64,000 bases of DNA from an uncultured Pseudomonadota bacterium (GTDB taxonomy: Bacteria; Oederibacteriota; Muellerivitia; Muellerivitales; Muellerivitaceae), in contig CAWIIP010000002.1 of NCBI GenBank assembly GCA_963836235.1, positions 1,696,001 through 1,760,000 of the forward strand. The letters run 5' to 3'. Shown piece after piece: positions 19,390-27,863 of the stretch (positions are counted from its first letter, which is position 1; the number at the start of each line of letters is the position of its first letter). The notes under the pieces were generated by a model. That model saw nothing but the letters and a program-made list of their open reading frames with translations. It was not told where the DNA came from and ran no database searches. The position numbers and the translations under genes were made by a program.

Positions 19390-20577
19390 TTATCGGGGCT
19401 TTTTAACCAGTGCCAGTGTCAAAAGACCCGCCAGGGCCGTGACCGCGAGGATCGCGGCCGTGGGGAGACAACTTTGGACGCTAAAAAAACCTACCCCCGC
19501 CGAGGTCAAGGACCCGGCCGCAATCTGGATGAAACCCAGCAGGGCCGAGGCGCTTCCCGCGTGATTGCCGAAGGGAGCCAGGGAGAGGGCCCCGGCATTG
19601 GGGTTTACCATCCCGGCGCAGGAGAGGGTGGCGAATAAGAAGACCAGAGTTCCCGCCAGGTTCAGCCAGCCCAGAAGAGCGAAAAGCACGAAGAGCATGG
19701 CCACTAGGCATTGGCCCAGCATGGCGACTTCCAAAATCCGCTCGCTGGAATAGCGCTTGAGAAGCCAGATGTTCACCTGGCTTCCCCCGATGAAGCCTGC
19801 CGCCAGGCAGGCGAAAATGGCGCCATAGAACTTAGGGCCCACATGGTAAAGTTCCAAAAAGATAACCGGCGAGCCAGCGATATAGGCGAAGAGGCCGGAG
19901 ATGGAAAGCGAACCCACCACGGCATAAACATGAAATTTCGGCTTTCGCAGGATCATGGCGAAGTTGGACAAGCTTTTGCGCGCGCTCAAGACGGCTTTGG
20001 GGTTGGGTTTGTGGCCCTCCGGCAAATAGAAAAAGGTGACCGCCAAGATCAAGCAGGCGATGGCGGCCAGGAGGATGAAAATCCAGCGCCAGCCCAGGGC
20101 AGTGGCGATCAAGCCGCCCACGGTGGGCGCCAAGAGGGGCGAGACGCTGAGGATGAGCATGAGCAGAGAGAAAACCTTGGCGCTTTCCTTCACCGGGAAG
20201 AAATCCCGCACCATGGCCGTGGAGGCTACCCCCGCCGCCGAGCCCCCCAAGGCTTGCAGGAAACGCAAGGCGATGAGAATTTCCAGGGAACTGGAAGCCA
20301 GGCAGCCCACTGAGGCCAGGATGTAAAGCACGAGCCCGAAATAAAGGGGCCTTTTGCGGCCAAAGTGGTCGAGGAAGGGCCCGTACAAAATCTGACCGAG
20401 CCCCATGCCGATGAAATAGCTGGAGAGCGAAAGGGAAACCCGCGCGGTGTCACAGCCCAGGGTTTGGGCGACCTGGGGAAAGGAGGGGAGGTACATGTCG
20501 ATGGAAAAGGGGCTCAGCGTAGAGAGGGCGCCCAGGATGAGGATGATGAAGGTGAGGTTTCTTTTTTGAGTGGCCAT
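19390..20577 (-). CDS. Bcr/CflA family multidrug efflux MFS transporter
   Basis: PFSIDMYLPS, GQILYGP..D.FGRK, RFLQALGG. Confidence 0.92.
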   Translation of the reverse strand: MATQKRNLTFIILILGALSTLSPFSIDMYLPSFPQVAQTLGCDTARVSLSLSSYFIGMGLGQILYGPFLDHFGRKRPLYFGLVLYILASVGCLASSSLEILIALRFLQALGGSAAGVASTAMVRDFFPVKESAKVFSLLMLILSVSPLLAPTVGGLIATALGWRWIFILLAAIACLILAVTFFYLPEGHKPNPKAVLSARKSLSNFAMILRKPKFHVYAVVGSLSISGLFAYIAGSPVIFLELYHVGPKFYGAIFACLAAGFIGGSQVNIWLLKRYSSERILEVAMLGQCLVAMLFVLFALLGWLNLAGTLVFLFATLSCAGMVNPNAGALSLAPFGNHAGSASALLGFIQIAAGSLTSAGVGFFSVQSCLPTAAILAVTALAGLLTLALVKKPR

Positions 20578-20679
20578 GTCTGCCCGGGTGCTCGGGATGC
20601 CGATGGAATCGGTCTGACGTTATCAGGTATGGGAAGCGGACTGTCAACGGTCGGGGAAAGATTTTTGAACCGGCGGAGT

Positions 20680-21015
20680 TTAGGCCTGAGTGCCTTCTAC
20701 CGGCAAGCCCGATTCGGCCCATTCCTGAATGCCCCCGGCGTAACCTTCCGCCCTCAGGCCCCTTTTTACCAGGGCGTCCGCCGCTTCCTGGAAATGGCGG
20801 CAGGGGAAACCCGAGCAATAGGTGATGAAAAACTTGTCCCGGCCGTATGCTTGCTCGGCGGCAAGCGCGAAATCCTCCGGACGGATATGGACGATAGACA
20901 GGCTTTGGGAGCCCTTGATCCTCAGCATTTCATAATCGGTTTTGGGCAGGACATTCAGGACTACCACGTCCTTTTCCTTCATCTTTTCCAGAATCGCTTC
21001 CTTGGTGATCGCCAT
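20680..21015 (-). CDS. Rhodanese-like domain protein retaining the catalytic Cys
   Basis: MAITKE...ITYCSGFPC...YAGGIQEWAESGLP; the longer ORF-track start runs into a repeat element. Confidence 0.85.
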   Translation of the reverse strand: MAITKEAILEKMKEKDVVVLNVLPKTDYEMLRIKGSQSLSIVHIRPEDFALAAEQAYGRDKFFITYCSGFPCRHFQEAADALVKRGLRAEGYAGGIQEWAESGLPVEGTQA

Positions 21016-21043
21016 GGAAACCCCCTTAACCTGAAAAGGCCTT

Positions 21044-21191
21044 TTAGCCGCAAATTGGCGCGGATTTAAGGCCAACCATCTTAAGAATTCGGATTCACCT
21101 TTTAGGGAAGAAGCCGCCTTTTGATTATCGTCTATCCTGGTTCTTTCAAAATTTTGAAAATCGGCGTTCATTCGCGCAAATCCGCGGCTAA
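21044..21191. repeat. REP/MITE-like element family 2 (TTAGCCGC...GCGGCTAA ends)
   Basis: Left TTAGCCGCAAATTGGCGCGGATTT; right AATCGGCGTTCATTCGCGCAAATCCGCGGCTAA. Confidence 0.7.
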
Positions 21192-21205
21192 TACTTTTTT
21201 TAGGT

Positions 21206-21757
21206 TTAATCGTCCGATTCCTCTTCCCCAAGGACCGCCTGGAGGGATTTCAAGAAAGGCCCGTAAGACCAGTCTCCGTCGTAGCGAAAGCCGTTCACGA
21301 AGAAGGTCGGGGTGCCGTTGACGCCGCTGCGGACTCCTCCCTCAAAATCGGTGGATACCCTTTCTTCCACCTCCGAAGCCGCCACGGCCTCATTCAGTTC
21401 CTCGACGTCCAGCTTTAGTTTCTCCGCATACTGGGTCAGGCTGTCCACGTCCAGGTTTTCCTGTTTCTCAAAAAGGATATCGTGCATTTCCCAAAATTTT
21501 CCCTGGAGGGCCGCCCCCTCGGCCACCTTGGCCGCGTTCAGGGCGTCGGGGTGGACTTCCGAAAGGGGGAAATTGCGGAAGACGAACTTCAACTTATCAC
21601 CCAAAGCTTTTTGGAGGCGCTTGACGATGGGGTAGGCCCGGCCGCAATGGGGGCACTGGTAATCGCCGTATTCCACCAGGACCAGGGAAGCTTTGTCCGG
21701 GCCCTGGAAATGGTCCTCCTTGGAAACCGGGATTTTGAGTTTGGGGGAGGGGCTCAT
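21206..21757 (-). CDS. DsbA-family thioredoxin-fold protein, no signal peptide
   Basis: EYGDYQCPHC, FRNFPL, GVNGTPTFFVNG. Confidence 0.9.
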   Translation of the reverse strand: MSPSPKLKIPVSKEDHFQGPDKASLVLVEYGDYQCPHCGRAYPIVKRLQKALGDKLKFVFRNFPLSEVHPDALNAAKVAEGAALQGKFWEMHDILFEKQENLDVDSLTQYAEKLKLDVEELNEAVAASEVEERVSTDFEGGVRSGVNGTPTFFVNGFRYDGDWSYGPFLKSLQAVLGEEESDD

Positions 21758-22230
21758 GCTTTCTCCTTTTTCGAGAGGTTTTCCAGGGCGTCCAAGATGC
21801 CGTCGGCCCCCGGGTTGACCCCCACGGGGGACAGGTAGCTCCAGCGGATGATCCCCTCACCGTCGATGACGAAAAGGGCTCGCTCGCTGGTGCCTTCCAC
21901 TTCCCGGTAGGCCCCATAGAGCCTCGCCACATGGCCCTTGGGCTCGAAATCGGTGAGCAGGGGAAAGCGGTACTTCCGTTCCTTGGTGAATTCCAGGTGG
22001 CACCAGATGCCGTCCACCGAGATGCCGATGACCTCGGCCTGGTGCTTCTTGATCATGGGCAGGACTTCGTTATAGAGGGCCAGCTGGTCCCCGCAGACCG
22101 GGCTCCAGTCCGCCGGGTAGAAAACCAACACCACGTTTTTCCCCCTAAACTCGGACAGCGAAACCTTCTGGTCCGGGGTGGAAGGCAGGGTAAAATTCGG
22201 CGCCGGGGTTCCTTCTTTTAATATAGCCAT
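21754..22230 (-). CDS. Peroxiredoxin (AhpE-like redoxin)
   Basis: FYPADWSPVC, GISVD, ERALFVID. Confidence 0.88.
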   Translation of the reverse strand: MAILKEGTPAPNFTLPSTPDQKVSLSEFRGKNVVLVFYPADWSPVCGDQLALYNEVLPMIKKHQAEVIGISVDGIWCHLEFTKERKYRFPLLTDFEPKGHVARLYGAYREVEGTSERALFVIDGEGIIRWSYLSPVGVNPGADGILDALENLSKKEKA

Positions 22231-22244
22231 CGGGTTCTCCTTTT

Positions 22245-22499
22245 TTATATTAAACCCTTGCCCACGTCCGGGGACCGGGGCGGACCCAGGGAAAGGGCGC
22301 CCGAGGGGCACTTGGCCACCTGGTCCTTGATTTCCTGGCTAGAGGCCGCCAAGGGTTCGATCCAGGGTTTGCGGCGGGGGTCGAAAACCTTGGGCAGGCC
22401 CTCGAAGCAGTAGCCTGCGTGGAAACAAAGGTGGGGCTTCCAAACCACCGACAGTTCGTCGTTGGAGTAATGCTTGGTCATTTCCCTTTTTTTATCCAT
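22245..22499 (-). CDS. Divergent 4Fe-4S mono-cluster protein (YjdI-like)
   Basis: C-F-H-A-G-Y-C...LP.VF....PWI...CPSGAL. Confidence 0.85.
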   Translation of the reverse strand: MDKKREMTKHYSNDELSVVWKPHLCFHAGYCFEGLPKVFDPRRKPWIEPLAASSQEIKDQVAKCPSGALSLGPPRSPDVGKGLI

Positions 22500-22512
22500 G
22501 GTTTTCCCCCTG

Positions 22513-22704
22513 TTAATCCTCATCCAACAAAACGAATTCGGTCTTGGGCGCGTCGCAGGAAGGGCAGACGTTGGGCGGGTTGGAACCCCGGGGCATCAGT
22601 TCGCCGCATCGCAGGCATTTCCAAAGGATTTCGGTTTGGTCCTGGTTGGCGTCATAACGGTAATTGGGGGATAAACCGGATTTGACGGATGGCTTGGCTC
22701 GCAT
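22513..22704 (-). CDS. Rubredoxin-like small metal-binding protein
   Basis: WKCLRCG...PNVCPSCDAPKTEF. Confidence 0.75.
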   Translation of the reverse strand: MRAKPSVKSGLSPNYRYDANQDQTEILWKCLRCGELMPRGSNPPNVCPSCDAPKTEFVLLDED

Positions 22705-22727
22705 AACGAATCCCCCCTCTGAGTCAT

Positions 22728-23141
22728 TTAATCGGCAAAAAGCCTGATCTCGATGTTTCCCCGGGTGGCTTTGGAGTAGGGGCAAATCTGGTGGGCGGCG
22801 TTCATCAATTCCATCGTTTCCTCCGGCGTCAGGCCCTGGGCTTTTCCGCGCATCTCCACCGAGAGGAAATGGCCGCCCGCCTCGTCGGTGTTAAAGCTGA
22901 CCTTGGCGGTCATTTCCACGTCCCTGAGGTGTTTCATTTGTTTGGCGCCGATCGAGCGGAAGGCGCTCTCGAAGCAGGCGGAATAGCCCGCCGCGAAGAG
23001 CTGTTCGGGGTTAGTGCCCCCGCCGGGGCCGCCCATTTCCACGGGCCGCTTCAATTCGAAATCCAATATCCCGTCCGAGGAGCGGACGTGGCCGGAGCGG
23101 CCGCCATGGGCCGTCGCCGCAGCGGTATATTCGGTCTTCAA
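22728..23141 (-). CDS. ohr: Organic hydroperoxide resistance protein
   Basis: GGR.G, TNPEQLFAAGYSACF, AHQICPYSKATRGN. Confidence 0.93.
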   Translation of the reverse strand: MKTEYTAAATAHGGRSGHVRSSDGILDFELKRPVEMGGPGGGTNPEQLFAAGYSACFESAFRSIGAKQMKHLRDVEMTAKVSFNTDEAGGHFLSVEMRGKAQGLTPEETMELMNAAHQICPYSKATRGNIEIRLFAD

Positions 23142-23257
23142 GGACGCCTCCTTTTTTCAACGGAAGGGAATCGAATGATGGACAGGATGCCTGCCCTGCG
23201 GGAAAAAGATCAAGATGGGGAAGAGTAAATATGAGTATCCAAGGAATTATCCCAAAT

Positions 23258-23296
23258 AGAAAAAGCCCTTTCCGACGACCGGAAAGGGCTTTTTCT
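23258..23296. terminator. Intrinsic terminator, bidirectional type
   Basis: AGAAAAAGCCCTTTCCG-ACGAC-CGGAAAGGGCTTTTTCT downstream of the VOC gene. Confidence 0.8.
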
Positions 23297-23310
23297 ATTA
23301 ACCGATCAGA

Positions 23311-23781
23311 TCAGGCCGGTGTGGCCGCCATCATGGCTTTCATGCGCCGTTCCAACTCATCAGGGGCCACATCCTCGATATGGGTGCCCAGGTGCCACTG
23401 GTGGCCGAAGGGATCTTCTAGGCTTCCCATGCGGTCGCCATAGGGTTGGTCCTTCAGGGGCCGGGTTTCTTTCGCGCCCGCGGCCAATGCCTGGTGGAAC
23501 AAATGGTCCACATCCGCGATATAAAGAAGGATGGAAACGGGGCTTCCACCCAGGGATTTGGGACTGTGGGTGCCCATCATCGGGGACTCGTCCGCCAGCA
23601 TGATGCGGGAATCGCCGATCTGGATTTCGGCGTGGCCCACCATGCCGTTGGGACCGTTCATGCGGTTTATCTCCTTGGCCCCGAAGGCCTTCTTATAAAA
23701 TTCGATCGCGTCCGAAGCCCCCTTGATCGTCAAATAGGGCGTCACGGTGTGGTAACCTTCCGGAATGGGTTTCACTGACAT
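23311..23781 (-). CDS. VOC family (PhnB-like) protein
   Basis: PEGYHTVTPYL, AIEFYKKAFGA, YGDR.G...DPFGH.W. Confidence 0.92.
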   Translation of the reverse strand: MSVKPIPEGYHTVTPYLTIKGASDAIEFYKKAFGAKEINRMNGPNGMVGHAEIQIGDSRIMLADESPMMGTHSPKSLGGSPVSILLYIADVDHLFHQALAAGAKETRPLKDQPYGDRMGSLEDPFGHQWHLGTHIEDVAPDELERRMKAMMAATPA

Positions 23782-23958
23782 AGATGCTTCCTTCCGCCTT
23801 ATCCCAGGGATAAGACTTTAAATTGAATTGCTGGGGTTCTTTCTACCAAAGGGCAGCCCAAAAAGCACGGGACCCAAGTTACATTTCCCGAAAATCTTTT
23901 GGGGGATCTAAGGAAACTCACGATTTAAAGGAGGGTGGAAGGGGAGGTCGGCAGTCCC

Positions 23959-24309
23959 TTAATTATTTTTCTTTTCGCCGATCGACTGGATTTGCTCGCG
24001 CAGGTGCTGGTCCACGAGCATGAAACGGAGCCCGCTATGGTAGTCGTAGGACCAGATGATTTTTCCGTAGGCTTCCACGGATTTGTTTTTCCCGAAATCG
24101 AAATTTAATTTGAGGAGAAAATTTGGGTTGAAGGTTTGGGAAACCTCGAGTTGCAAGCCCTCTTCGCTGATGTCATTGGCCCAAGCCTCGATGGGTTTAT
24201 TTTGGATCTCGAAAATATTGCCTGAAAGGGAGGGCAATACCGGAAAAACTTGAACTGATTTTTGAAATTCAAAGCGATCAAATCTGCGTTTTTCCACGAG
24301 ATTTTGCAT
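23959..24309 (-). CDS. PilZ domain protein
   Basis: RRFDR (RxxxR) and DISEEG (D/NxSxxG) motifs, GLRF; start uncertain. Confidence 0.75.
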   Translation of the reverse strand: MQNLVEKRRFDRFEFQKSVQVFPVLPSLSGNIFEIQNKPIEAWANDISEEGLQLEVSQTFNPNFLLKLNFDFGKNKSVEAYGKIIWSYDYHSGLRFMLVDQHLREQIQSIGEKKNN

Positions 24310-24732
24310 GTTTTTTCCGTTCAACTCGGTTTTTCCAAAGGGCCAGCGAACTACCAGCATTTTATCGTCCCGCTTCGATCTTTCCACAAAATTTACAAAT
24401 TTCCAGGCAGAAATATTCAGATTTTTCTCATTTCGTTTTTCTGAGCGCGAATCCTGAAGGTTGATCCGGCGGATGAGGATAAACCCAACTTCGGGCCGAA
24501 AGAACTTCAAACACTTTCCGAAGCCTCGTCTTATTTTATTGTCAAAATTTCACTCAAATCCGGCGCTTGAGAGCCATATTTCTACCAGTCCCCCTAAAAA
24601 CCAAAAATCAATTTCAGGATGGAAGCAGTGAAAGCAATGCTTTTGGGATGGCATGGATCATGCTTTTTGTTGAGGCTCTATATTGCAGGTTGCTATCGAA
24701 TATTTAGGCAAAAATATGAAGGAGTTTCCATT

Positions 24733-25740
24733 ATGAGAAACATGATTGTCTTTTTGGGTATTTCGCTGGTCATTCTCGGAGCCGGTTGCCAGAAGAGTTT
24801 TGATCTTACTCCCACAGCCCCGCCCTTTATTCCCCCAAGCCCGACCTTTACGGTCGTTCCAGGCGCGCCTTCTTCCACCCCCTCGGTGGTTCCTAACGCC
24901 ACGGCGGTCTTCACCAAGACCGATACGCCCCTTGCGCTTCCTTCTTCGACAGCTACACCAGTCGATTCTGCGACCCCCGGGGTGACTGCCTCCCCGACGG
25001 TGGCTATTACTTTAATCCCCATCGGGACTCCGACGATCACTTCGCTTTTCACTTCGTCCCCGACAAATACTCCGATACCCGCTAATACTTTTACCGCCAC
25101 GGCCACCATTACCACCACCGGAGGATGGGTTCTAGCTACCGCCACTTCAACCCCGACCCCCATGGATACCTTTACCGCAACGGCGACCATTACCACGACC
25201 GGGGGTTGGGTTGCCGCTTCCGCGACCCCGACTTTCTCGAATACTCCCAGCCCCACGGCGACTTCTACCGATACGCCCTTTGGGACGCCCACGAAAACCG
25301 GGACGGCCACCCATACGCCCACCGACACCCGGACCCCCACCCACACGCCCACTTCCACCCATACGCCGACCGTTACCCCCACGCCCACGACCATTCCCCC
25401 GGGCACAGTGGTGATCGGGACCACCGCTAATTTTAGCGAAATCCTCGCCAACTCCACGGTGCCGGTCGTGCTGGAATTCTGGGCTTCCTGGTGCGCCACT
25501 TGCACTTACTATTCGCCGGTCGTCACCCAGTTCGCCACGGATTACGCCGGCCAGGTCCTCGTCGTGAGGGTGAACGCCGACCAAAATATGGCCCTGCTGA
25601 CCAAGTATGGCGTGCCCATCGCCGGCACCAATACCTACGGGCTTCCCGAAACGATTTTCTTCAAGAATGGGACCGAAATTCTCGACGCGACGGGATACCA
25701 AAGCGAAGCCAGCTTGGCGGCCATCTTAAGCAGCCTTTAA
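24733..25740 (+). CDS. Lipoprotein with long Thr/Pro stalk and C-terminal thioredoxin domain
   Basis: Lipobox GAGC; TP-rich region; EFWASWCATC...YGLPETIFFKNG. Confidence 0.85.
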   Translation: MRNMIVFLGISLVILGAGCQKSFDLTPTAPPFIPPSPTFTVVPGAPSSTPSVVPNATAVFTKTDTPLALPSSTATPVDSATPGVTASPTVAITLIPIGTPTITSLFTSSPTNTPIPANTFTATATITTTGGWVLATATSTPTPMDTFTATATITTTGGWVAASATPTFSNTPSPTATSTDTPFGTPTKTGTATHTPTDTRTPTHTPTSTHTPTVTPTPTTIPPGTVVIGTTANFSEILANSTVPVVLEFWASWCATCTYYSPVVTQFATDYAGQVLVVRVNADQNMALLTKYGVPIAGTNTYGLPETIFFKNGTEILDATGYQSEASLAAILSSL

Positions 25741-25842
25741 CCGGCCGTCAGGCCGGTTCTTTTTCTTAAACCACTGAGGATTGATTCCACTGGGAGCGAA
25801 AGACCACCCACCCCTTAGTTGGAATCTTTCGTGGGTTACTCC

Positions 25843-25868
25843 GTAACTTTTTTCCCCGGTTTACCGTA
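25843..25868 (+). promoter_or_regulatory. Putative ECF sigma promoter GTAAC-N17-CGTA
   Basis: About 35 nt upstream of dipZ. Confidence 0.55.
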
Positions 25869-25901
25869 AAGTAAGTCACCCACGACACGAAAGAGGTGAC
25901 T

Positions 25902-27632
25902 ATGCTTTTTCTTTTGTTCTTCAGCTTCCTGGCCGGCTTCGCCACCATCCTCGCCCCCTGCATCTGGCCGCTCCTGCCCCTGGTGCTTTCGGTTTCCTCC
26001 ACGGGTGGCAAGAAAAAGCCCTTCGGACTGACCCTGGGGGTCATGACCAGCTTTTCCATCTTCACCCTTTTTGTCTCCTACCTGGAACGCATCCTCCATA
26101 TCGACGCCAATGTTTTTCGCTTGATGGCCGTTGTCATCAGCAGTCTTTTGGGCGTGTCGCTGCTTTTTCCCTCGCTTGGCGCGAAGTTCGAGGCCTGGAT
26201 CAACAACGTCCTTCAGCCCCTGCAAAACAAACTTCAGGGGAACGCGGAAGGGGAAGGGTTCGGGGCCGGTTACGTGGCGGGTTTTTCCATCGGCCTGGTC
26301 TGGGCGCCCTGCGCGGGGCCCATCCTGGCCACCATCGCCACACTGGCCGCCACCCAATCGGTGAACTTTCAGGTGCTCCTGGTGACCCTGGCTTACGCCA
26401 TGGGCCTGGGCATTCCGCTGTTCCTGGTTTCCCTCGGCGGCTCGGTGATTTTCGCGCGTATGCGCAAGGTGACGAAATATACCGGCGTCGTCCAGCAGGT
26501 TTTCGGCGTGATCATGATCGGGGTGGCGGTATTGATTTACACCAATTACGACAAGACCATACAGCTGAAAATCCTCGAGGCCTTTCCTTCCTATGGGAAC
26601 CTGGTCAACGGGGTGGAGAACAACAAGATCGTCAATGAACAGTTGGATTCCTTGCGGGGCCGGGCGCCCCGGACCGAGGCCGCCATGGACGAGGGAAAGC
26701 TGACCGACATGGGGCCCGCGCCGGAATTCACCGGCATCACGAACTGGCTCAACGGCTCACCCCTGACCCTGGCCCAACTGAAGGGCAAGGTCGTGCTGGT
26801 GGATTTCTGGACCTATAGCTGCATCAATTGCCTGCGCACCCTGCCCAACAACAAGGCATGGTACCAAAAATACGGCCCGGACAACTTCGTGCTGGTGGGC
26901 GTGCACGCGCCCGAGTTCGCCTTCGAAAAGGAAACCGCCAACGTCCAAAAAGCCCTGGGGCAGTTCAACATTACCTACCCGGTGGCCCAGGACAATGACT
27001 TCAAAACCTGGAACGCCTACCACAACGAATATTGGCCGGCCGCCTATCTGATCGACGCCAAGGGGCATATCCGCCTGGCTCATTTCGGCGAGGGTCATTA
27101 CGGGGAGATGGACGCCGCCATCCGGACCCTTCTGGCCGAGGCCGGCCATCCCGTCACGGGAGGAGCCGCCCTGGTGGAAGCCGAAGGCATCGGCTACGAC
27201 CAGACCCCCGAATCCTATTTGGGGCTGGACCGGTTGGAGCGTTTCGCTTCCCCGGAAAAAGCCACCGAGGGAATGAAAACCTATTCACTGCCGAAAAACC
27301 TGGCCCTGCACCATATCTCCTACCAGGGTGCCTGGACGCTCAGTGATGAGGCGGCGAAAGCCACCCAGGGCTCGGCCCTGGAAATCCAGTTCGCCGCGGA
27401 CAAGGTTTATCTGGTGATCGGGCCCGCGATGAAGGGCGACCAAGTTTCCCTTTTTCTGGATGGAAAGGCGATCAGCGAAGGCGCGGGGGCGGATGTGGCA
27501 AATGGGAAGGTTCTTTTAGATACGCACCGGCTTTACAACCTGGTGGACTTCAAGGGCAAGCCGGGCTCCCACCGCCTTCGCATCGAGTTCCAGAACGCGG
27601 GAACTTCGGTTTATGCCTTCACGTTTGGGTGA
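25902..27632 (+). CDS. dipZ: Cytochrome c biogenesis protein DipZ (CcdA + thioredoxin + beta-sandwich)
   Basis: PCIWPLLP, WAPCAGP, DFWTYSCINC, TPESYLG, YAFTFG. Confidence 0.93.
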   Translation: MLFLLFFSFLAGFATILAPCIWPLLPLVLSVSSTGGKKKPFGLTLGVMTSFSIFTLFVSYLERILHIDANVFRLMAVVISSLLGVSLLFPSLGAKFEAWINNVLQPLQNKLQGNAEGEGFGAGYVAGFSIGLVWAPCAGPILATIATLAATQSVNFQVLLVTLAYAMGLGIPLFLVSLGGSVIFARMRKVTKYTGVVQQVFGVIMIGVAVLIYTNYDKTIQLKILEAFPSYGNLVNGVENNKIVNEQLDSLRGRAPRTEAAMDEGKLTDMGPAPEFTGITNWLNGSPLTLAQLKGKVVLVDFWTYSCINCLRTLPNNKAWYQKYGPDNFVLVGVHAPEFAFEKETANVQKALGQFNITYPVAQDNDFKTWNAYHNEYWPAAYLIDAKGHIRLAHFGEGHYGEMDAAIRTLLAEAGHPVTGGAALVEAEGIGYDQTPESYLGLDRLERFASPEKATEGMKTYSLPKNLALHHISYQGAWTLSDEAAKATQGSALEIQFAADKVYLVIGPAMKGDQVSLFLDGKAISEGAGADVANGKVLLDTHRLYNLVDFKGKPGSHRLRIEFQNAGTSVYAFTFG

Positions 27633-27635
27633 GTC

Positions 27636-27662
27636 TCACCCCATCGTGGGATAGTCGGTATA
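27636..27662. repeat. Left 27-bp direct repeat (att-like), a copy of the 3' end of the OYE gene
   Basis: TCACCCCATCGTGGGATAGTCGGTATA; reverse strand reads YTDYPTMG*. Confidence 0.9.
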
Positions 27663-27863
27663 GACCTTCGTTTCCTAATATAGGCCGCCAGATCAGCTTC
27701 ATTTAGCGCGGATTTTCATTAGTTGAAACTCCCATGAAAAGCGCTCTTTTTTCGACCTTAATTTGTTGCCAAACTAAATACCCTCCACTTAATATGTCGA
27801 AGCTAACGGACACCCCAAGTCAAATTTCGGGGCAATTTCTTGGATATTTAACTTGGGAACTCT

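Noticed and set aside
21016-21231. N-terminal extension of the rhodanese ORF
   Set aside because: It translates a repeat element; both paralogs start at or near the TKE motif
24693-25505. Val/Gly-rich reverse-strand ORFs (also 5141-5455, 27848-28486, 53874-54134)
   Set aside because: Antisense shadows of Thr/Pro codon runs
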